DNA from: a virus
Lineage: Duplodnaviria > Caudoviricetes
Reading direction: 5' to 3' (one strand)
Length of the DNA: 64,000 nt
IMG/VR virus record: IMGVR_UViG_3300012979_000034
Span: 1-64,000 of that record
Shown here: positions 58,311 through 64,000 of the stretch, piece by piece
How positions within the stretch are numbered: position 1 is the first letter of the stretch
How the letters are laid out: the number at the start of each line of letters is the position of its first letter
Position numbers and translations under genes: made by a program
The notes under the pieces: model-generated
Databases searched by the model: none
Seen by the model: the letters and a program-made list of their open reading frames with translations, nothing else
What the model was told of the DNA's origin: nothing

Positions 58311-58913
58311 TTACATCAATTTTTTAAACTCATTCTGCAGATTAGTTTGTATAGACTTTATCAGACGTCTTTGACCACCAACCTCATCATATACGGGTTT
58401 CCATAAAGGTCTTTTTGGTACATAACCTCTAGAACCTTTATCAACCCTTGAACCAACTTCTAGAATCTTAGCTACCTTTTGTAAAGTTAATAAGCCACTT
58501 ATATGAGAACGAGTTGGTATTTTCATAACCTGATTAGGTAAACCTACATACTGTCTTGAACCAACTTTGGTAGATCTGTAATACTCTACTTTTTCAGTAT
58601 ACAAGCCTACAGAATCAAAATACTGTCCCATTTTATAGTAGATTCTATAATCTGCAGCCTCATTCTGAGCATACTCTTCACTTAATGCGTCCCAGGTTAC
58701 TCCTTTTGGAGGTATACCTCTATTTATACATTCTTTAACCCTCTTTATAACCTCTTTAGCAAAAGAATCAGTACTTTTCTGATAAGCCCGGGCTATAGCT
58801 TGAGGGGTTTCTTTTAATAACTTTAAAGCTTGAGCATTTTTATGGGGGTCAACAAAGATCCTTAACTGACCAAAAGGTAAATCAGTATAAAAGTTTATCT
58901 GAGTAGTAGCCAT
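58311..58913 (-). CDS. neck / tail-completion protein (putative)
   Basis: ILEVGS...VPKRPLWKP pattern and position. Confidence 0.65.
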   Translation of the reverse strand: MATTQINFYTDLPFGQLRIFVDPHKNAQALKLLKETPQAIARAYQKSTDSFAKEVIKRVKECINRGIPPKGVTWDALSEEYAQNEAADYRIYYKMGQYFDSVGLYTEKVEYYRSTKVGSRQYVGLPNQVMKIPTRSHISGLLTLQKVAKILEVGSRVDKGSRGYVPKRPLWKPVYDEVGGQRRLIKSIQTNLQNEFKKLM

Positions 58914-58925
58914 AATAAAAGTTCT

Positions 58926-59219
58926 TTATATTATTGCTGCTAGACCGTATATTAATATACTAAAGATAAGTATAAAGGAAACACCTAACATAGCAAATCT
59001 TACGTCACCTAAATCAGGTAAATCATCTAACTTTTTTTCCTTATATAATGAAATAATATAGGTAAACGGTATAGCACAAAATAAACCAATAAATAAACCA
59101 ATATCTTTAAAGAAGATGATTCCAGTTAAAGCTATTAAACTCGTAATAACAGAGCCGACAAGGAAATGTATTACCTTATCAGCTCCGTACTTATTTATGA
59201 TGTTATTGGTTAACTTCAT
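58926..59219 (-). CDS. small multi-TM membrane protein
   Basis: DKVIHF..G plus 3 hydrophobic segments. Confidence 0.7.
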   Translation of the reverse strand: MKLTNNIINKYGADKVIHFLVGSVITSLIALTGIIFFKDIGLFIGLFCAIPFTYIISLYKEKKLDDLPDLGDVRFAMLGVSFILIFSILIYGLAAII

Positions 59220-59452
59220 TTCTTCATCTTCTTTTTATACTCTTCATCTTTTTCTCTCTGCTCACGATTAGCATCATATGCCTCTCGGTCTTCAATGTTG
59301 TAGAGGAACATATCACGGAGACGTTCGTATGCGCCCTTGATAAAGTCCCATATTATACTGAAACTTTTCCCGTTTCCTCTCCAGACAACATATAAGAATA
59401 CTCCAACGAATAAGATTACAACTAATCTCCATTCTAACCAATAGGGTATCAT
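59216..59452 (-). CDS. small single-TM protein
   Basis: LVVILFVGVFLYVVW. Confidence 0.65.
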   Translation of the reverse strand: MIPYWLEWRLVVILFVGVFLYVVWRGNGKSFSIIWDFIKGAYERLRDMFLYNIEDREAYDANREQREKDEEYKKKMKK

Positions 59453-59598
59453 TTTTTATCTCCTTTCTTATTTTTAAATAACTTATTATACACTCCGATT
59501 ACTAGGTCTCTAAAACCTTCCCGATTTTTCTTACTCATAGCACAAGCCGTAACGACTGAGCCAATAACTAATCCTGCAATAAATCCAAAGTCTTCCAT
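59449..59598 (-). CDS. small single-TM protein (49 aa, below cutoff)
   Basis: hand-translated MEDFGFIAGLVIGSVVTACAM...KKGDKK; ATGA-coupled. Confidence 0.6.
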   Translation of the reverse strand: MEDFGFIAGLVIGSVVTACAMSKKNREGFRDLVIGVYNKLFKNKKGDKK

Positions 59599-59628
59599 TT
59601 TAAAGTAGATTATATTAAAAATTAACAA

Positions 59629-59988
59629 CTAGGACAAGGAGTCCTTGGAACCTTCGGAGTCTGTGTCACGGGAACCTGTTTGGGTTTGGGTCTCCGAATC
59701 CTTGTAGATGCTATTATAGATTTTTTCATAACAAGTATCTATATATCCAAAAAATAATTCTAACCAAATTGCTATATATGCTGAAAGGAAAGATATTGGT
59801 ATAGATATTATGATATCGGATTTAGATAATAAACAGAAAATCAATACACTCCAGAATGTTAAACACTTTATGCAATTAACTATTGGTAATCTTTTATTTA
59901 TTACCTCTTCGATAGCTGAAATCAGCCCCATGTGGTTTATTAATACACATGATAATATCAATAAACCAATATCTTCCAATTCATTCAT
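59629..59988 (-). CDS. membrane protein with CxxCxxFW motif (DUF1360-like)
   Basis: VNCIKCLTFWSVLI. Confidence 0.7.
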   Translation of the reverse strand: MNELEDIGLLILSCVLINHMGLISAIEEVINKRLPIVNCIKCLTFWSVLIFCLLSKSDIIISIPISFLSAYIAIWLELFFGYIDTCYEKIYNSIYKDSETQTQTGSRDTDSEGSKDSLS

Positions 59989-59994
59989 AATTCA

Positions 59995-60471
59995 CTACCC
60001 ATTATTCTGACTAACTTCAGTGGCTTCCGTTTCGAGGGTAAATGATACATTCAAACTACACTCATTAGTAGAAGAGCAACCACAGGATACATTAGCAGCA
60101 TCAGCCAATACTCCACTAGCAGTTACAGTAGGCATATCTGGTGAAGTAACTGGTACACATATTACAGCAACCACTTTTTCTGTCTGCAAACAAGTATTTT
60201 GACAACAACCATAGTTATTATAAACCTGTTCATAAGTTAGGTCGCAAATACAACGAACATCACAACAATACACTTCAGTATTTGGTATAAGACGAGGTGC
60301 ACCAAGTATCTGGACATCTAAGTTTGAAGCTACTGGGAAACCTTCTGGGTTATTTACACACATCTTCTTATTACCACAAGTGTAATGAGTTAAACCTAGT
60401 ACATAAGATGCACTTGTCTCTGTACTCCCGGGAACTGGAGTAAGGAAATTTACATAAGTTTTTCCGTTCAT
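59995..60471 (-). CDS. Cys-rich beta protein (13 Cys/158 aa)
   Basis: ORF track; Cys counted. Confidence 0.8.
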   Translation of the reverse strand: MNGKTYVNFLTPVPGSTETSASYVLGLTHYTCGNKKMCVNNPEGFPVASNLDVQILGAPRLIPNTEVYCCDVRCICDLTYEQVYNNYGCCQNTCLQTEKVVAVICVPVTSPDMPTVTASGVLADAANVSCGCSSTNECSLNVSFTLETEATEVSQNNG

Positions 60472-60520
60472 AGTAATTTAATTTATTTGTTTGGGCAGTC
60501 TATTATTTACACCACTTGCC

Positions 60521-60787
60521 TTATTGTGCTATATCTTGAATCGGATTAATTAGTTCTTCATTCCTTTGCCTTTCTGATATCAGTTCACTTATTTGATTAG
60601 CCATAGTTAACATAGCTTTACCAAACTCCTCATTCTGAATTTGCAAGGCATTAACTTTTTCAACCATATAAAAACTCATTTGAGCTGAACAAAAAGCATG
60701 TTGTTGAAGTCCACATTTAGTACAATCCTTAGGACAAGGTCTTACTTCCTGGGTTTTATCTGGATTTGGGTTTAACTCTTCTGCCAT
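60521..60787 (-). CDS. Cys4 + coiled-coil small protein
   Basis: CPKDCTKC...FC. Confidence 0.75.
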   Translation of the reverse strand: MAEELNPNPDKTQEVRPCPKDCTKCGLQQHAFCSAQMSFYMVEKVNALQIQNEEFGKAMLTMANQISELISERQRNEELINPIQDIAQ

Positions 60788-60806
60788 AATGATATTCTAT
60801 TTATGT

Positions 60807-61013
60807 TTATTTATGAAAATGTTCTATTACTTTGTTACGTACTATAGCATTATCTTTCCAATGTCTTAATGCTTGTGTTACCTTAGCTGCTGAAACATAA
60901 CGGCCTTGTCTACCATGTTCATTAATGAAGTTAATGAAAGCTTGTCTCATTTCATCTACTTCCTGCTGATTTTCAGCCCATATATTAAAAGGGGCTACTT
61001 GAAATGCTTTCAT
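60807..61013 (-). CDS. small hypothetical protein (68 aa)
   Basis: ORF within the cassette. Confidence 0.7.
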   Translation of the reverse strand: MKAFQVAPFNIWAENQQEVDEMRQAFINFINEHGRQGRYVSAAKVTQALRHWKDNAIVRNKVIEHFHK

Positions 61014-61034
61014 AGCTGTCTAGTTAATTATTAT

Positions 61035-61406
61035 TTAATTAATAGGCGGTATCTGCTCAGATTCAGCTACTTCTTCTACATCGGTAGTAAGGGTTGGTAA
61101 TTGGCCCTTATTTACGATAACCTGACGGATAAATTCATAAACCTGAGATAATGTGTTTTGGTTTTGTTTTACCCAATCCATAACTCCATTAGCACCATCT
61201 TTAACTTGCTGTTGCCATGTTGGAGGTATAGGATCAAAATCGGGTAAATTAATATCCTTAGCATAAAAATCATACATCTCTTGGGCTTTTTTAAGATCAC
61301 CATTACAGTACCATTGACAAACCTGTTTCAATTGTACTTTACTAGTTGGCCTAAAATTTTGTATAAATTCCATCCGTTCTTTATTTTTTCTATTTAACCA
61401 TAACAT
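61035..61406 (-). CDS. hypothetical protein (123 aa)
   Basis: ORF within the cassette. Confidence 0.75.
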   Translation of the reverse strand: MLWLNRKNKERMEFIQNFRPTSKVQLKQVCQWYCNGDLKKAQEMYDFYAKDINLPDFDPIPPTWQQQVKDGANGVMDWVKQNQNTLSQVYEFIRQVIVNKGQLPTLTTDVEEVAESEQIPPIN

Positions 61407-61423
61407 CTGAGATAGTATTTATA

Positions 61424-61470
61424 TATAGATTGGGTTGAAAAAAATAAACCTTCCCTCAACCCAATCTATA
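61424..61470. other. perfect 15-bp inverted repeat (intergenic stem-loop)
   Basis: TATAGATTGGGTTGA...TCAACCCAATCTATA, 17-nt loop. Confidence 0.8.
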
Positions 61471-61482
61471 ATCTAAACCATT

Positions 61483-61971
61483 TTAGCGTCCGCAGTTACA
61501 ACTACCTGGGCAACCGCATGGTTGAGGTGAGCTGTAGAGGCAAACAGGTTGAGCATCCAAACTTGAACGACCAGTCAGTCTATCGGAGATAATCTGATTA
61601 TAAGCAGTAGCCATAGCAGAGTTCTCAACACTAGTATTCTGTGAAGTACTCTGCTGTCCCTGGATAGTATCAGCAACTGATTGAGTAATATTGATGTCAC
61701 CCTGGATACGGCGGTTTACTTCACTCTCCAACAAAGCTCCAATATTATCCAACCTCTTGTCAATACCCTCTGAATAAGCTCTGCTAACGTTCTTAGCCTC
61801 ATTAGCTTTAGCTCCAGCCCATGCACCTGCACCAATAGCAAGCACTGCTGCACCTACTGCTACGGTTAAACCTGCAATGGCCGTTCCACTAGCATGCTTA
61901 GAATTCATGGCACCAATTTTAAACTGCTCATACTGAGACAAACCGTACAAACCGTTGGTTGTATTTTCCAT
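61483..61971 (-). CDS. Gly/Ala-rich TM protein with Cys-rich tail
   Basis: AIAGLTVAVGAAVLAIGAGAWAG; ends PCGCPGSCNCGR. Confidence 0.8.
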   Translation of the reverse strand: MENTTNGLYGLSQYEQFKIGAMNSKHASGTAIAGLTVAVGAAVLAIGAGAWAGAKANEAKNVSRAYSEGIDKRLDNIGALLESEVNRRIQGDINITQSVADTIQGQQSTSQNTSVENSAMATAYNQIISDRLTGRSSLDAQPVCLYSSPQPCGCPGSCNCGR

Positions 61972-62096
61972 ACTCTTTCATTTTTAAAGTTAAACATTAA
62001 GTTATATATTATCGAATGCGCATTCTCTATTGTTATAGATAATTACTAAGTTATTAAGTTTCGCTTAACTACTACTTTTAACTCAAATGGGGGGAT

Positions 62097-62801
62097 TTAG
62101 ACTACATCACTTCCATAAGTGAATGAGCCTGTACCAGCATTGCCGTACAGTGTACCGCCAATCTTGTCATACAGGTATCCAACTCCGTCCTTTCTAACAG
62201 GGATGAGGTCATAGACCACATTGTCTCCAACTGTTATCTTGAAACTGTAGTACTTGACAGGGTATCTGTATGGTGTCCTGTAGCCTCCAAAAATTCTGAA
62301 TTCCGTTATCGCAGCAGTAAGTGGCCTTGCAAGTGTCCTACTGGTTATTTCCCCATTCTCATTGCTTGACCATATACCCTCAGTGCTGAACTCCAATGTC
62401 GTCTTTACTCCACTTATAAAACTCCATCCACCGCTTGATGACACATTCCCGACATGAGAGGCAAACATCAACGAGCCAGTGCCTGAAGTATATGAGTAGA
62501 AATCGGTATTCATCTGCTGATAAGGACTTGCCCCGAACAACGCATACCTGTTTTTCGTTGTCCTTGAACTGTCATAGGTCGAAAGGAACTCACAATCCAC
62601 ACATAGATATGTGTTCTTGGCAACTGACAATGGTAGCTGAATGTATTCAGTTCCACTGCTGCCAAGCCATTCCACCTCTGCATCATATGGAAGTGGTGCA
62701 GGTCCACTGCTGTACACAAGAGTGTCACCAAGGTACATCTTGCTAACCTCAGTACTGCCCAAATATATCTTACTGATGTTTTCTGCTCCTTTTCCTATCA
62801 T
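62097..62801 (-). CDS. putative tail fibre tip / lectin-like receptor-binding protein
   Basis: LPYDAEVEWL...DLIPVRKDGVGYLYDK...GNAGTGSF pattern of Bacteroidales phage fibre proteins. Confidence 0.6.
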   Translation of the reverse strand: MIGKGAENISKIYLGSTEVSKMYLGDTLVYSSGPAPLPYDAEVEWLGSSGTEYIQLPLSVAKNTYLCVDCEFLSTYDSSRTTKNRYALFGASPYQQMNTDFYSYTSGTGSLMFASHVGNVSSSGGWSFISGVKTTLEFSTEGIWSSNENGEITSRTLARPLTAAITEFRIFGGYRTPYRYPVKYYSFKITVGDNVVYDLIPVRKDGVGYLYDKIGGTLYGNAGTGSFTYGSDVV

Positions 62802-64000
62802 TGCGTAATTACATAAAGGGTGTTACTATCTTTTGTGGTCAGCGCATTGTAATCTGCCTCGCTGATGCTGATAACTTTTTTGATGGTATTATTGCCCATT
62901 ACATTATAACTCATGTTATAAGTAAGGTTGCATCCATTGCTGGATACTATCGCATCACAAAAGAGAATGAAGCCAGCAGGTGCAGAAACACTAAGTGTAA
63001 AGTCAAAGGATAATACCACATTTTGATATTCTTCCAAAATAGTAGGTTGGAGAAAATAAGGAGAACCTATTCCATCATCCCATTTTACAAAAACTGACTT
63101 TCCAGCATTGTATGCTGCAAGGATGGCATCGTATGCAGCAGAGCCTGGAATGTTTTTCGTACCAGTTTGGGAAATCCCTGAAGCATCAACAGTATAGATG
63201 AAAGCACCCTCAATGGAAAGGTTGCCGCTACCCAAAATCGGTTCATTGTTTATGGTCTTTATATTAGTGCCACTGACTAATTGTGCCTGTTTTTCATTCC
63301 ATGTGGATTTTTCAGCATCAGTTACAAGGCGATGGGTGGAGTCATCGGTTAACTGTTCTAATGAGCTTGGTATTACCACAACCCTTTCCAAAGTCCACAC
63401 ATCGCTAGAACTCACTACATATGTATAGGAAGCACCATCATCCATCAGCCTGTAAAAATAAATAGCTGCTGCCTCTTTTCCATCATAAGGATAGAGAAAT
63501 CCTCCATACTGCAAATCTACATGACCTCCAGAATTTATAGCAGCCAATATCTCTGCATAGGTATAATTAGCCGTATAAGTAATAACACCAGTACCGGCAT
63601 CAGTGCTTCCACTAAGTTCAATGTGCAGATTTGTCGAGATTGTAGGTTTGTCAGTCAAGTCGTTATAGCTGCCGCTGAAATTGCTCTTTGAATTTAGTTG
63701 TGTCTGTATGTTTGAGGTTACACCTGAAAGATACCCTAGTTCAGTTGATGTAACAGGTGATACTGCTACCTTACCACTAGAACTTGAAATTAAAGCTCGT
63801 GAAGCAACTAGATCGACTGAGGCTATAGATGTTGCACCTCCAGTTATTGTATCTTGTTTACTGTTTAATTTTGTATCTACTACTTTTATAGCAGAGTATA
63901 CACCACCTGATGTCACATGGTTAGTACTTCCTTCTATTGGAGCACTATCCATCTCATCTTCATCTGGAACTAGGTAAATTTCAGTATCAGAAGGATTTTC
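62798..64000 (-). CDS. tail fibre-like protein, N-terminus beyond the window edge
   Basis: frame stays open to 64000 (ENPSDTEIYLVPDEDE-MDS); fibre repeats VTSGGVY, FSGSYNDL, SGTNIKTIN, YNAL..KD..TLY. Confidence 0.7.
   Translation of the reverse strand, partial: ENPSDTEIYLVPDEDEMDSAPIEGSTNHVTSGGVYSAIKVVDTKLNSKQDTITGGATSIASVDLVASRALISSSSGKVAVSPVTSTELGYLSGVTSNIQTQLNSKSNFSGSYNDLTDKPTISTNLHIELSGSTDAGTGVITYTANYTYAEILAAINSGGHVDLQYGGFLYPYDGKEAAAIYFYRLMDDGASYTYVVSSSDVWTLERVVVIPSSLEQLTDDSTHRLVTDAEKSTWNEKQAQLVSGTNIKTINNEPILGSGNLSIEGAFIYTVDASGISQTGTKNIPGSAAYDAILAAYNAGKSVFVKWDDGIGSPYFLQPTILEEYQNVVLSFDFTLSVSAPAGFILFCDAIVSSNGCNLTYNMSYNVMGNNTIKKVISISEADYNALTTKDSNTLYVITQ

Noticed and set aside
62097-62801. 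Diversity-generating retroelement target
   Set aside because: No reverse transcriptase or template repeat seen in the window; cannot be excluded for the rest of the genome
2814-63977. Plus-strand ORFs and short nested minus-strand ORFs inside long genes (e.g. 2814, 11183, 18591, 30011, 38438, 38473, 43183, 48016, 53734, 62435, 63681)
   Set aside because: Fully overlap well-supported genes; no motifs or promoters
1-64000. tRNA genes, introns/inteins, integrase, stop-codon reassignment
   Set aside because: No cloverleaf seen, polymerase/recA/helicases are uninterrupted, no recombinase motif, and genes pack well under the standard code

Overview
A 64 kb, AT-rich segment of a large contractile-tailed (myovirus-like) dsDNA phage, with nearly all genes on the minus strand. 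The host is very probably Bacteroidota: seven TTTG-N19/20-TAnnTTTG promoters are visible and translation starts are A-rich without Shine-Dalgarno motifs. Positions 1-11.6 kb are an early region of small hypothetical genes behind host-type promoters, with a 1.2 kb non-coding ~13-nt periodic array and a recurring GGCCATTAANGG site. Positions 11-18 kb encode basic/acidic low-complexity proteins and a KTSC protein. Positions 18-41 kb cover transcription, recombination and replication: NusG-like, Hjc-like resolvase, SbcCD, NMP kinase, 5'-3' exonuclease, RecA, SSB, GroES, family A polymerase, two thymidylate-synthase-fold paralogues, a dimeric dCTPase/dUTPase-like enzyme, dUTPase, SF2 helicase, primase and DnaB. 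One plus-strand sigma-like gene follows. Positions 41.8-64 kb hold the baseplate, tape measure, tube, sheath and neck genes, a Cys-rich six-gene cassette and tail-fibre genes. The best candidates for something new are a cytosine-replacement pathway with two Asp-type TS paralogues, the 13-nt word array, a phage NusG, the Cys-rich cassette and the early-promoter operator. All functional calls rest on motif recognition by eye; no database searches were run.
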